Shown piece by piece: positions 26,097 to 41,714 of a stretch of 64,000 bases of DNA. The notes beneath the pieces were generated by a model that was not told the origin of the DNA, searched no databases, and saw only the letters and a program-made list of their open reading frames with translations. A program made the position numbers and the translations under genes. The number at the start of each line of letters is the position of its first letter. Positions within the stretch are counted from its first letter, which is position 1. This DNA comes from Octopus sinensis. Taxonomy: Eukaryota. Location of the stretch: contig NC_043005.1 in assembly GCF_006345805.1 (NCBI RefSeq), positions 87,420,001 through 87,484,000 on the forward strand, in the 5' to 3' direction.

Positions 26097-26413
26097 TTGT
26101 TTCTGCAATTATTTCAGCTGATTGCCTTCCACTGCAGGAAACCATTGCTTGATCAGGCAGCATGACACCTTGTGTTTGCATCTTGTGAGTAATCGAAGAA
26201 TCCTGCGAAAACTTTGGACGGAATGTACATGTAGTTTTAAGTTGCACACATCTCGCAAACTTGTGTAACAGCTCTCGTTCCTTGCGATAATCTAAAATGT
26301 TCACGTGATCGCGGAAAACGGAGATTTACTACTAGGTAATTCTCTAAACAAGCACTTCTTGCTGACTAGAGATGAGAGTTCTCATTGACGCCATGTTATA
26401 ATATATCAACAAT

Positions 26414-26815
26414 GGCGCAGGAGTGGCCATTGTTGTGGTAAGTGTGGTAAGTAGCTTGCTTACCAACTACATGGTTCCGGGTTCAGTCCCACTGCGGTAA
26501 GTGTCTTCTACTATAGCATCGGGCCGACCAATGCCTTGTGAGTGGATTTGATAGACGGAAACTAAAAGAAACCCGTCATATATATATATATATACATATA
26601 TGTGGGTTTGTGTGTCTGTGTTTGTCCCCCCAACATCGCTTGACAACCGATGCTGGTGTGTTTACGTCTCGGTAACTTAGCAGTTCGGCAAAAGGGACCG
26701 ATAGAATAAGTACTAGGCTTACAAAGAATAAGTCCTGGGGTCGATTTGCTCGACTAAAGGCGGTGCTCCAGCATAGCCGCGGTCAGATGACTGAAACAAG
26801 TAAAAGCGTAAAAGA
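26414..26815 (+). mobile_element. tRNA-derived SINE, third family, with internal microsatellite
   Basis: GGCGCAGGAGTGGC...GTGGTAAG...GGTTCCGGGTTCAGTCCCACTGCG head; body ending AAGGCGGTGCTCCAGCATAGCCGC...GACTGAAACAAGTAAAAG. Relatives at 47455-47817 (-) and 62635-63008 (-). Confidence 0.8.
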
Positions 26816-27225
26816 GTAATGGTACAGAGATATTTTTACTCTATATTAGACTGCAAAACATACGTCTTACACCGACGTGGCTATGTCATAAGAAGACTGT
26901 TTCTCAACCAGATGCTTCCAGGTTCGGTCCCACTGCGGCACAATTGTCGCGGCATCAGGCAAAATGTTTAGCAGTACGTCGTCTCAATCACATTTGAATT
27001 CAAACGCTGCCGGGATCCATTTTACTTTTCTTCTTTTCGGGCTCGATGAAATAAGTACCCAGATTAGCACGGGGACTGATGCAATTTACTTAACTCTTTC
27101 CTCGAAATTGCTGGCCGCGTGCCCAATATTTGACATAAATACATATATATATATATACATACATATATGCGCATGTATTTCTTCATATATGTATATACAT
27201 ACTTATACATACAACACACACACTC

Positions 27226-27262
<37 letters not shown>

Positions 27263-27795
27263 ATATTTATATAACACATTAATATTTCCTCAGATCAGAA
27301 TAGATAAATTGTTATTTACTTACGAGGACGTCTGAAAAAAAAAACTTATTATCATTATGACTATTAATAATTTTAAATGTATTCATGTTAATAATATCAG
27401 AGCGGAATTCTTTTAAAAAGGAAGAAAAAAAAGCCAAAGCTTGTTTAGTGAGATACATAGCGACATTATATAACGTAAAATTTTCTAACTAAATTTAACA
27501 GAAGCCCTGTATTGGATGGGAGTAAAGCGGAATAGAACTTTTTAAAAATCAATAAACCTTAATAGTGTGCGCTTGCGTGTGTGTGTGTGTTTTGTATACA
27601 CACAGAGAGGAAATAGATAGGTAGATAACTTGACATATATATATATATATATATACACGTAAACATACACATAAATATATATAGAAAGAAAGATACATAT
27701 GTGTGCATCTAGGCGTACGTTATATACGTATATATATATTCATATGTATATCTGCTTACATATCATATATATACATACATGTATTCATATATATA

Positions 27796-27831
<36 letters not shown>

Positions 27832-28818
27832 TGTATGTATGTATGTATGTATGTGTGTGTTTTGTATGTATTACGTATATATATGAAATTCAGAAACGAA
27901 ATATGAGTGAAAAATATATTTAATATTACCCAGATAATTTGCACACCACATATAAAGTGGAGAAAGAAAGAAATACATTAGGTGCCGAAGTTCTTTCTAA
28001 ACCGAAAAAAAAAATATTTTTATTTGCTAGGAATTTTATGCAAGTAAGCTGTAATTTTTGATTGATTTTTACGTAATCCTGACATAATATAGTAGCAGTT
28101 ATCTTCATTGAATTCTTGTGAATTAAATTTAGAAAGCTGAGGTGACTGGTATGAATTTTGTATATTAGATAGGGAGAATAGAGAAATATACCTGTGTTAT
28201 TTAGATAACATGTCTATACGTAGCGAGATGTTATTAAATAACTGTGGTTTTCAACCTAGATCCAGATGACCCTGGAGTTTCCACAAAATAATTTTGGAGC
28301 CTGTGCAAGTAAAACAGTAAATTGGTGACACAGCGAAATAAAGTGTCCCTGGAAAAAAATTGTTTTAGATGTAATTATTACAAGAAACATCTAGTTACTC
28401 CCACGAACGTTCTATATAATTAGTTTCAAAAGCAAAATAGGAATCTATAAAATTAGTTTATGACCATCGAATGGATATGGGTGTCCGCCAATTATAGAAT
28501 ATTAAACAAAGTTGAGAAACCCCTGTGTTATTTAGAAAACACCGTGTTATAACATAGATTTGTTGTACTAGTGTGTTCTCTTTTTTCTTATTTCCACAAC
28601 CAAGCATTGGTAGACCAAGAACTTTCTATCCGTAAAAATGGCTGACAATCAAAGCAATTGTTTCCTTCCTCTGTTTCCAACGCTTAAGAAAGTAAAAAGT
28701 AGACATTCGCTCTTTAGCGGTTCCTTTACAGATATTAGGCAGCGTGTCGTCTGTAGAGAAGCCTATCTATACTTAGTATTAAACACCGTCGAATTATGAT
28801 TCACTCTCATACACAACA

Positions 28819-28895
<77 letters not shown>

Positions 28896-31164
28896 TTCAG
28901 ATGAATATAGTACTTAAGTTAAAGGCACCTGAATTTGGTATGGTATATACATATAAATCAACTGGGGTGATTATAATCAAAATAAGCAACAAGGATATCC
29001 AAAGGTAGTGTAGTACAATCGTTTCATGCTACTTCATTTAATTAAATAATGTATTACATCAGTTTTAAAATGTAGAGCCACATATGGATTTTTAAAAATT
29101 AAATAGACAACGTTCATTTTTATACTTATTCCCTTTGCCAACATTACAAAGATGGTAGATATATAGACAGAGAGGTGAATTTCATCAGTAAGAACATGGT
29201 AGCAGATCTTTCCTTATGGGCACAGTTTATATATATGTATATAAGTGGTCAAAAGCGTACGTACGCCGCTATATGTATATATAACTATAAAAAATGGAAC
29301 ATGTATATATATATATATATATATATAATATCCGGACAGACGACACAAAGGTGGACAGGAAAAACAACAAATAGAGAAACAGGAAAAAGTAGCAGTTTTT
29401 GTCATGCTTTTTCATCTTTAATAATAAAGTATATATATATACTTTATTATTAAATATGAAAAAACATGACAAAAACTGCTACTAAGAGTTTTACGTTCCT
29501 GTCCATCGGGCAGTTGTGATCCAGCATGGAATGAAAATTAAGGTTGTACGTATAATTTATATTTTGATGTGATTCCCATCGACAGATACACATCTGTATC
29601 TGATTTCTTGTTTCCCTAATGGTCTTTCCGAAGTATAAAATTTGAGACAATAAATAAACAAATAGAAAATAAAAATAAAATACAAATAAAAAATAAATTA
29701 TATATGAAAATAAAATTACATAGATATCATATAAAATCGAAGGAAACCTTGAGTCAAAAATAAATTTTTCAGATATTTTTGTTATGTTTTTGAAGCTTTA
29801 TCCGGTATTCGAGTACTATTTTTTCCGACCTTATTTCGCATTCATGTGCTTACACAGGTATATATAGTGTTTACACACGCGTGTGCGAACACACACGCAC
29901 AGAAACATACACACTCACATACACACATAAACACACACACGCACATTTGAAATGTTCTTCCTGAAAGAAACATTGGATGTTAAATATTCCTTTGAACTGC
30001 GCAATCCGGAATTACCAAGGACTACATAAATACAGGAAAGCTGCTAAGGTCGTAATCTTTACACTTTTGTTATATTCTTATTCATTGGTATTTTATCTAG
30101 CATTCCATTTGTCAAAAAAGGGTCTATTTTCTAAATTGGAATCAGAACATATTTCGAGGGGCATTTGGCTACCAACTTTAGCAATATTCTCCGTTGTTTC
30201 GACAATGTGGGCGAAAATGCGCATGTGTGCGTTTTATTTAGACTTTTACATTGTTTTAACTCTCTCGATTATAGTTAAGTAAGACAACTCATCATACTGA
30301 TGACAAAAATATTTTTTCGTCATTGAGTAGACGAGAAAAAGTACGAAGGAGCTAAAGAACAGAGAGGGGGAGCTACTGAACCCCATTGAAAGCGAGAGAG
30401 AGAGAGTGAGAGAGAGAAGGGGGTATGGGTGAGAAGAGGCATGCTTTTTAATATTGAATGTATTTAGTCAGATTACGTATGAATATATGTGAGAGGGGCA
30501 ATTGTAATGGAGTGGGGAAAACAATAGTGAGATGACGTTAGCTTATGATAGAGACATAAATATACAAATAGGAAAACAAATGTTATTTTAACTGGAAAGA
30601 AAAAGTCAGAGGATGAGTGATAAAAATATTATTAAAGGGTATTTGTGTGCTGGCTGTACTTGTCTGTGTGTGCATGTATTCATTTGTGTGTGTTTGTGAG
30701 AAAGATATAGATGGAAGAAATATAAACGGAAGAAACTATAGAGAACTAGAGTCGCTAAAACATCGGAGATGTTCTAAAAGTTGTTTGTGGAGGAGAATGT
30801 GGGAGACAAACAGATAAAAGACATAGTGTTGTAATGAGTAAGGGTAAATATGTCGTTTTAATTAGAGAAAAGAGGAAAGAAACCCGCAATGTGCAGTGAT
30901 AGATTCCATTCTTCTTAGTTATATCGTTAGCAATGCAAACAGTTATTATCTAAGGTAAAGGAACGCAGTTTTCATCAATGACAAAACAGTTCTAGCTACA
31001 GAGGAAGATGTTATTAAAACTCTTGGCTGAGGCAAAGTTCTATTATCAGCTCAATTTCTTAAAATTGGTGTAATAATAATGATTAAATTGAGAAAATAGA
31101 ATTGGAAGTTCAGTGTGTGATGAACCGTGATGTAATCAATGCATTTTGTGCACAATTAATATGT

Positions 31165-31230
<66 letters not shown>

Positions 31231-32466
31231 AAGATTCCGGAATTTAAGAAACAAATAGATGTGTTTAGCAATATGGAAACACTTGTGCGTGTGTATAAAA
31301 TCATAAACACATTAAAAGATGTACATATTCCTTTATTGATCCCATGTTTGTAAATATGAGCAGAATACAAAATTGTCGACAAATTAGACAGTATTGCTCC
31401 TTCCTTACGCAACCTATTCCTTCTTTAAATATAAAAAAGTTTGAATTCATAGTGGACCTGCTGAAGATTGTTTAATTTGCGAGATATATTTCTTGGTAAA
31501 ACGACATGCATGAATTCATTAAACCAGGTGATTATAAGACATTATAGTCACTTGTTCAACAGATGTACTTCAAAGTGAAGGCATTTATTGGCGATCTCTG
31601 ATTTAACATTTTGATATTCATCAGATCTACTGACTTTTATAAGTGTAATTTAAAATTTATTTGTACTATTTATGTATAATTTATGTGCATCAAAACGTTT
31701 TCTCTTATGCAATGATCCTAATTTCCAATATTGAGGATTACACAACTAACTTCTGTACGTACGAATTCTTTACATTGTCGAAAAAGCTATGTAATAACAT
31801 CATAGCGACATAATGTTTATGCGTTGCTGTTGGCATCTGTCTTATAGTTGACCGATTCAGCATAATATGTCTGTAGAATGTATTTCCACACCAATATTTT
31901 GCGACTTTTATTTTATTAATAATCGTACATATGCTTCGGTATGAAAATATATAGGCTTCTAATATTTTTGGAATGAAAGTAAATAAATTTTGTACAAATT
32001 CTTTTGAAATATTCCTGTAAGTATGGTTAATTGGGAACTGTTTATTTTCTTAGGTCACGAGAGTGTTTGCTAAATTAGTTTTATCGTTTAGAGGGAAGGT
32101 TGCTGAGAATGCAGAATATTTCATTATTGTTTTCTCTTAGTGAGAAATGGAAGGAAAGATGCACACTTAATCCTTTTGTTTAATGTAAATCTAATGAATT
32201 CATCCCAATGGAATCACATATTCCTGCGTTGTACGAATCGGGGCTGGGGATTTTGCATCTTTTACCGCTTAGCATGTTTAACAGCTGTTTGTCTTCTATA
32301 TATAACAATGTCTTTATCGCAGCAATCTATGCGTTACCTAATTCTAGAGCACCGCTGAGTGAAGCTTTTCATATACAATGACAGAAGTCGACAATGCAGA
32401 ACTGGATACATTTCTAGACATTCTATTGTTCGAGTATACAGAGTATCGGCTGCTGCTGTTACTTCT

Positions 32467-32491
32467 AATAATAATAATGATAATAATAATG

Positions 32492-32551
<60 letters not shown>

Positions 32552-32559
32552 TAATGATG

Positions 32560-32593
<34 letters not shown>

Positions 32594-32698
32594 TAATAAT
32601 AATGATAATAATAATGATAATATAATAATAATATAATAATAATAATAGTAATAATAATAATAACAATAATAATAATAATAATAGTAATAATAATCAAA

Positions 32699-32764
<66 letters not shown>

Positions 32765-32806
32765 GTAATAATATTAATAATAATAGTAATAATAATCAAA
32801 ATAGTA

Positions 32807-32870
<64 letters not shown>

Positions 32871-32895
32871 TAATAATAATAATAATAATAATAAT

Positions 32896-32926
<31 letters not shown>

Positions 32927-32931
32927 AATAT
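32467..32931. repeat. Long (AAT)n microsatellite
   Basis: Direct inspection. It accounts for the poly-I/N/L ORFs. Confidence 0.97.
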
Positions 32932-33949
32932 ACTAGAGACGGAATTCGGTAGCTGCTTGCCGCGCTACTATTACCATTAACGATAAGTATTCTTTCAGAT
33001 ATTTTCCTAATTAATCCGATCTGCGTTTTTCAGGGTAGATAAATCAACATTTCGAATTACTGGCTAAATTCCGTTCTGGTTTTCGGTTGTGATATAAGCT
33101 TTGTGTTTAGATAAACATTCTTATCTCTTATCCAACATAAGTTTCTGAGTAATGCTTTCGCTTCATTATTTAAACTTTTATAATCTTCTGAGCCAGACCT
33201 TTTACATAGTTGGCTTATATATATATATATATACTTTGTTAGAAGTTATATTAGTTACACTTTACTTCACAGAAGTATTTGCTTTTTCAGAATAGTATGA
33301 ATTCATGTTTATTTCTCTTTCTTAAAATTTCAAATATGACAGAGCTAAATCTTGTTTCTATCGTACTCATACACTGACAGAATTTTCGTGTAGATTATTA
33401 TATCTAAGGCGTCGCATACAAATGGAATTAGTTTGTTGAATGCTTGGCAGAAATTCGCGCTTTTTTTTAATACAAATTAATCTGTTCCACAAATAATATT
33501 CTTCTTACATCCGAAAAACACTATATCACGAGGTTATTAAACACACAATATGATATTGTTGAGCGTATACATGACTCAAAAGCAAACGATTCCTCTACTT
33601 ATCACTTTGGTATAAAAACAAATATCTTCCAAAGTTTGGATCACACTTGGAAGTTCTTTTTCGTCCTTTTCTTTTGTTTTGTTTTTCAGTATAAGTTGCT
33701 ATGTAATGAGAGCAACGTGGTCTTGTTTTTTTCTCAAGTCAATTTCAAGGAAGAGATCTAGAACATGAATCGATCATAAAGACACGAAATATAATTATTA
33801 AGAAACGATACGTAATAAATATTAAATCAATTATTCAGTAAGCATTCTGAATGTGTTCGCATAAAAAAAACTGCTTTCAACAATGAAAATATATATACAT
33901 ACAGACACACATATATATAAATACACACACAAATGTATACATATTTATT

Positions 33950-34135
33950 TTTTTATTGCCTACAAGGGGCTAAACATAGGAGGGACAAACAAGGACAGAC
34001 AAACGGATTAAGTCATTTATATAGACCGCAGTGGGTAACTGTTACTTATTCCTCGGTTGAATTTGAATTCAGAACGTAACGGCAGACGAAATACCATTAA
34101 CCATTTCGTCCGGCATGCTAACAATTCTGCCAGCT
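33950..34135 (-). mobile_element. tRNA-derived SINE (main family), internally deleted
   Basis: TTATTGCCTACAAGGGGCTAAAC...GGACAGACAAACGGATTAAGTC...GAATTTGAATTCAGAACGTAAC...TTCTGCCAGC. Confidence 0.75.
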
Positions 34136-34989
34136 GTGTATGTATAATAATGTGTGTATGTGGGTGTGTATGAGTGTATGTATGTCTTACTTTGGGTTTT
34201 GCTTAAGTTCTCATTCAGAGAGTTCAAACAGATCGTTAACAAAGCGACGAAATTATTTTGGTAAAGACGGTTCTCAGTGTTTGTAAATATGCAGGCTATG
34301 GTTTGTTACTTGCGCTGTCGATGCACACACCCAGGTCTATTTATCTGGTTCTCTAAAGAATTTCAGATGGGAAATCTTTGGAATGTCTTGCATATCATCA
34401 CTGTGCCACTGACTAGATTTGGAGAATCCGTATCAGTTTCTATTGTTCTTTCTTTGAAAAGCCTAGTACTTCTAGGCTTTTGTGTAAATATATTAGTACA
34501 ATATATGCGTATGGGTGAATGAGTGTTTGTATGTATGCATAGAAATGTCACATTTATGATTTTAATTTACGGTTAATTTAGGAACAACTGCTGGGCATTT
34601 CGTGAAGGAGAGCTTGAATATTCAGACTAGAGATGCATTTACTATGACATCCGAGATGAAAGAAACCTTTGTCTGACACATTATTAGCAAAGAGTGGATT
34701 GAATAAAGCATCACTCGACGGTCAACGTCCATGGACATCATTCTCGCTATTGCTTTTGTCACCATTGTCCTTGTTTTCAAAAGAAGCATGGACGTTGTCT
34801 TAATCGGCATTAATCTCCGCTTCCAAGTCATCTTCGTCCTCATCGTCATCTTCCACCTCATCTTCCCCATCATCGCCATTCTCATCGTCGTCAACAACAT
34901 CATCATCATCATATTCAATTTTGACGTCAACAACGATGATGAGAGCAGAAGAGCAACGAGAAAAGCAATAAGAGCAACAATTGGCGGGG

Positions 34990-35275
34990 AAAGAAGTTGA
35001 TAATGAAGAGGAAGAGAGAAGAAAAAGAAGAAAAAGAAGAAGAAGAAGAAGAAACATCAACAACAAGAACAAGAAACAAAAGAAGAAAGGGTGATGATGA
35101 TAATGATGATGATGATGATGATGACGACGACAACGACGATAATGATGATGGTAATTATAATGACGATGACGGTGATGATGATTATAATGATGATGACTAT
35201 GATGATTAAAATGATTATGTCGAACAAGATTATAACGGTGATGACGATTATGGTGATGATGATGACGACCAATGA
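34990..35275. repeat. (GAA)/(GAT)/(GAC) low-complexity trinucleotide tract
   Basis: Direct inspection. Confidence 0.9.
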
Positions 35276-35694
35276 CACGGAAAGGAAGAAAGAACAAATG
35301 TCAACAACAAAATGTAGAAAAATATTACAATGAAACCAAATATATATTTTCCACACTAACAAGGAACTAAACAATCTTCAATAATCATATGTGTGTGTGT
35401 GTGTGTGTGTCTGTCTGTCTGTCATATATAGTACATGTATATAATTGATCATTATATTTTTTCATGATTTAGCTTCAATGATACTTGACGAAAGAGAAGG
35501 CACATTAACCACAATGGTCTAACCCGAAGGATTTTGTTGTCGTTAGTGTGTGAGTAAATCTCGGATTAAATACCGTTAATTGCTCTACTTAAGACTTTCT
35601 GGAGACAGTCAGGTGGCCTCTATTTATATACTTAATATATCTAATTGGTTTCTTAAGGCTTCAAGCAGAGACTGTCATTTAACATATATAGGTG

Positions 35695-36074
<380 letters not shown>

Positions 36075-36276
36075 CACACAGACACATACACAGACACACA
36101 CAGAACGTGAATATCAGTCACATTTGAAGCTCAAAACGTTTAAGAAAATCCACTTGGTCGCTCCACTGCTCTTATTTTTTCCCGAGGTCTGGCACTTGTA
36201 TATAAACATGCATATACCTCTTATATATATATTTATGTATACATGCATAAACATTATGTGTATGTGTGTGTGTGTG

Positions 36277-36318
<42 letters not shown>

Positions 36319-36659
36319 ATGATTTTATGTGAAATGATCGGTATAGTAAACGGGTGTGTTCTTGAAGCACCATTAATTTGATCATTTGTTCAACAGCATG
36401 CAAGTGTAATTGCGGTATTTAGGATTCCAATTACGAAAAGCGGATAGCCTGCGAGTAAGTCATTTACCTGTTTTATTGTTTTCCCTTAATGTATAATTTT
36501 GTTTTACTTTTATTTGTAAGCTAGTTATTCTATTTCTCACATGCCTTCTGTATAGAAAAGCGATGCATGTTTAACTATCTATCTATCTTTCTATATAGGT
36601 GTGTGTGAGCGTGAGCGTGTTTGTGTGTAACACTTTTAAATAGCTTCAGGATGTGAGCT

Positions 36660-36880
36660 GAAGCCATACAGCCATGCAACTTCGTTACATCTTCACTAGT
36701 TGAATCTTCTTGCGAGATGTGGCATTTGGTGAACCAGTGAGTTTGATTCTATCCTCATCTGCACTTCGTGTTGTGCGAGTACCTGATCCTGAGCCCTTAA
36801 CAGGGAAGAAATCCAGCCTTCTCTTGGATACACCTACAATCCATCTCACGCATTTTCCGCGGGCCTTTTTGGGAGGATAA
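36660..36880 (-). mobile_element. R4/Dong-type LINE fragment
   Basis: Minus strand EGWISSLLRAQDQVLA resembles the R4-clade EG.I.AAQDQ.L motif. A degenerate KCHI...GC knuckle follows in another frame. Confidence 0.55.
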
Positions 36881-38995
36881 TCAAGAATTTCCTCACGAAT
36901 TCACTTCTTGCTGTTGTTGTGTCGTTCGTTATGTCTTCTTAACATTCACGTTTCGAAATTCGACTAATTGATATTAATGATTTCATATTTTACTGCTTTC
37001 AGTCCTTAGTGCACGACCATAATGGAGCACTACCTCGACGAATTTTCATCAAGCGAATCGAACCCTGAACTTATTTTTTTTTTAATTTGGCACTTAGTGT
37101 ATCGAGCTCTTATGCCGAACCGTTAAGTTACGTGGACGTAAATACACCAACATCGGTAGTCATGCAATGGTGGGTGATAAACGCAGACACAAAGGCGCGC
37201 GAACACACATATAATGCTTCTGCCAGCTCGGTGCCAAACAATTACCAATTTCAGATTCTTGCACAAGGCCAGCAATTTCGCAGGAGGAGATAAGTCATTT
37301 ACGCTGACCCGCAGTAATCAGCTGGTACTTGTTTTATTTACTCTAAAAGAATGAAAACCAAATCACATTTTGCGAAAATTTAACATAGTACGTAAAAACA
37401 GACGAAAGGCATTTTGTCCGGCATGCAAACGCTTCTGCTACCTCACCGCCTGCAACACAGGTACAAATACTGCTTTCAAAGTTCGACACACGGGCATCAG
37501 GATCGATGGAGCGAGCGAGCAAGCTGTTTGATATCGAACCCCGTACTGCCTTACACCGGCACAAATACTGCATTATGTTCCTAAGACTTGATATGTTTTA
37601 TACATATGAGTTTTGTTGTAAAAGAAGAGTTAATATCAGTAAACGCTGAATCTGCAATGCAGTGTCACTCTCCATTCGATGTCATTTGACTAAATCATAA
37701 ATTTTATAAAACTATGTTATCGATCTATTTAAGAAATCAATAGATTCATCACCATAAGTATTTTTGCCATAAAGTTTAGCCGAAAGTTACATCTGAGCGT
37801 CCTTGGCGAGGTTTGCTTTTTTGTTTTTCTCGTCTCATCTATTCAGAGTTCACCTTTCTTTCTCTATTCTTTCCTCATATATCTTATCTCACATCAGAAT
37901 GTCTCTTATTCTTTTTTACCTGTTTTAGGCACGTGATTTGTTTCCCATCTGACCGTCCTGGTTTTAGTCTTTTGTATAGTTTTATTATTGTACTTCAAAA
38001 TGTTATCTATTGTTCTTTTTCCTCTTTCGCTTTTGTCTCAAACATTACATTGTATTCAATATGTCATTGAGGAAAAACTGGCTAATGATTATCATCGAGC
38101 AATTCTGATCCTGTATCCTTCTAATCAAAATGTTTCCGGCAGTGATCATCCCTTTTTTTTCTATCCTTTTATACGTAGTTGTTTTTCAGTGAATTTCTTC
38201 AGACTTTCTATGGAATGTAGATCCTGCACTGAAAGTTACGTTTCGTGTACGAATACGGCCATGTAAACAGTGTGATCGAAGATACGAAATTAGGTAATGG
38301 GTCTATATTTACTTTGCAGGAGTTATTATTTCTCCTCCAGCGCTATATCCAACCCATTAACTATACACGAAGACACTATTTAACAGCCACTAAATTTAAG
38401 TCTAACACAATTGGATATAAAAGGACGCACTGCTAACGCAAAGCAGAACATAGTGATCGCTTATAAACCCGCAACATACTTCAGAGAATACAGTTGCAAA
38501 ACGAAATATGGTGACCCTACCTGCAATTAATTTATATATGGTAAATACAGTTCCTGGAGTACAGATTCAAGTAGAGAATCAAAAATGATAAAGGACAGTA
38601 AGGAGAAGGCGACACGGAATACAAAGGTTTACACTAGCTCCTGTGTCTGTTGTTACGTGCCTCCACTTTAACTGTGATCATATACGTCACCTCAGAAGCC
38701 AAAACACTGATGCTGATAATCTGATCATCTTCAGATTACATTCTTTCAATATATATCTTCTGTCTTTAATCGTTTATTTGTTTCAGGCATTGAACTGCGG
38801 CCGTGCTGGGGTACCGCATGGAGGACGTTTAATAAAATGAGGAATGAATTGACCCCAGTAGGTTAGTTATCTTTTTTTAAAGTCTGGTATTTAGTCTATA
38901 GGTCTGTTTGACCCAATGGCTAAGTTATGGGGATGTAAACACATGAACACTGGTTGGCAAGAAGTGGTGGGGGATAAACACAAACACCAAAGACA

Positions 38996-39044
<49 letters not shown>

Positions 39045-39051
39045 CACACAC

Positions 39052-39121
<70 letters not shown>

Positions 39122-39134
39122 ATATATATGTATG

Positions 39135-39166
<32 letters not shown>

Positions 39167-39178
39167 TGTATATATATA

Positions 39179-39564
39179 CTAGCAGTATCGCCCGGCGTTG
39201 CTCGGGTTTGTAATGGAAATAACTATATAAGCATTTTTAGAGATGTAAAGTATAATAGCCATCTCAATATGGCTAACCACAAGGGGGATGTTACTGTAGC
39301 TTTTTACGTTCTGAGATTTAATAATAAATTTTTAGAGAGTTACTTCCCTTATATATGCCAAAAATGCATTAAAAATGGGAAAAATTATGATAATTTTTTT
39401 TAAATCGTAGACGCATCGTAGACGCGCGCTAATACCCAGAAGGGTATGAATCACGACTATAAGATATCCGGTTTTGGTTAAACTGCACCGCAAAATGTGG
39501 GAGTAGTTAGGAATCTAAATCGTAGGAGACAGACGGCACACAACCTCTCTTTTATATATAAAGA
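39179..39564 (-). mobile_element. Non-autonomous Helitron
   Basis: Minus strand A|TCTTTATATATAAAAG...CCCGAGCAACGCCGGG-CGATACTG-CTAG|T: TC and CTAG ends, subterminal hairpin, A-T insertion site. Confidence 0.8.
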
Positions 39565-41332
39565 TATATATATGTATATATATATGTATGTATATATGAG
39601 AGTGTCTTTGTATATATATATATATATATTATATATATATATATATATGGAACAAAAACGCAATAGATGGCGTTAAAAAGTTCGGACAGGTAGACGATAC
39701 AAAGGCGGACAAGAGGAACAACAATCAGAAGTACAGACAAAAATAGACGGGTCATTCGTGGCTTTCTTTCCTCAGTCAAGTCCCAGAACTCACGACCGTT
39801 TCGGGCAGTTACACTTGAGATGGTTCGATCTGGTTGCCTCAAAAAAGGCTAAGCTAAGAGCATTAGACCGCTTTGTAAGAAAGCTAGCAAATGTCTACGG
39901 CAACAAAGGCAAACAAACAAACAAAGAATGGAGAACATGGTACACAATTACGAATAGAAACAACAAGAAATAACAGTAGGTATCTTTCGACTGAGAACGA
40001 ATGAAACTGAGCTGGTGTATATGAAGTGAAAGTCTGGCCGAACACCGGTGACGTGGAAGGAGGAGAGATGGATAGAGGACAGCGCGATTAAAGGATTTTA
40101 AAAAATCAGTCACACACAATGGGCTTCTTTCAGTTCCGTTTATCAAATTCACTCACAAACCGTTGATGTGTCCTAGCAGTCAATAGTAGGAGACACCTGT
40201 CCAAGATGCAAGACAGTGAGACTGAAACCGGAACTATGTAGATGGGAAACCAGCTTTTTACCTCACACCTATTCTTTATTTTTTAAAAAACACTACATTA
40301 TTATGAAGAAGAGATATTTGACTGCTATTTCTAGCAAGAGATGCCACCACCGAAGTCTTTTTCTGCTGATTGGTTCTTTGATACGGCGAATGTAGCGCGA
40401 ACCAAGAGTTAGGATTCGTTTCTGTCGATTATGTCAGCGAGACATTTTAACTATTTGTCTTTCTTTTTCTTATTTCTAGTTCATAAAATATGTAATCCTA
40501 ATATGCCGAAAATGAATTGAATATAATTGTTTTTTTTTTATTTTCTTGCACAAATTTACGATTGAAGAAGTCAAAAGAAATCTGATTCGAAAAAAAAGAA
40601 CGTTTTTTTTTTAATAATTCAACATCTAACTTCGTTACGAATCTAGACGAAAAAGAAACCAATATTTCTAGAAGAAATCAATAGCATTAAAATAGTGTAA
40701 TAAGAGCCGTACAATAAGATGCGAATGTATGTAGATGCTTAGAAGAACATTTTAAAATATATATTTATTTTATTTCTATTCAATGGAATTTCAATTTTTT
40801 TTCAATGCCCATGGTACATCGTCAAGTCTGTTGACACCTCTTACTTTCGTCGTCATCTGAACGTTCGAACAGAAAGAATCTTGTATTTCTTTTCTACTTT
40901 TGTTCAAAGAAATCTATAGAATTTTAATATATGACTGTGTATGTGAAATTAACCGATAACATTGCTAAGAATATAACAGACAAAGCAATAATAAAGGCCC
41001 CAATATTTGATGGTTCTGAAGTGTTACATGTGTTCTCACAATGTATTGTGTTCCTGTTTTTATGTTTCCTCTCCCTTCTCTCACTCTCTCTCTGCGTCTC
41101 TCTTTTTCTATCTCTTTTTATCTGTCATCTCTCTTTCGCTCTTTCAATCTTTCTTTTCCCGTCTCATTTGTCAAAAACACTGAAAGAAAAGCACACACAC
41201 AGACACACGAACACAAGCATACACACGCACAAAATAACGCACATGCGTACACACACACCATCAAACACATACACACATATACATATGTATGAATATATAT
41301 ATATGTATAAATATGTATACACACACACACAT

Positions 41333-41369
<37 letters not shown>

Positions 41370-41714
41370 CATATATATAACTCCAAGAAAGTTAGAGCAT
41401 GTGAATCCAACCAACTAAGGGATAATATCTATCCAATATACTGCTGGTAGAATACCCGATTATTAATACACAAGTGCATTCTATTCCATTGCAATTACAT
41501 TACCTAGTGTGCTAAATGGGTGGAGGTAAAGAGATATTTTACCATTAATTTATATAGCAATAAGAAAATGGAGGGGATCAATAGGTGGTTTATCAACATT
41601 TAGACATTGTATTGTCAATTCATTTATTTATTTACTAAACTGACAATTACAATAATATACATATATGTATAACATATTATGCTTTACATAAAGGATATAA
41701 AATATATTAATATA

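Noticed and set aside
25726-26304. 192-aa ORF
   Set aside because: Two thirds is microsatellite, and the unique 70 aa match nothing I recognise.
39770-39830. GAAACGGTC followed by CTGAGGA on the minus strand (type III-like order)
   Set aside because: No stem I adjacent to the cleavage site and no closing GAAA/stem II.
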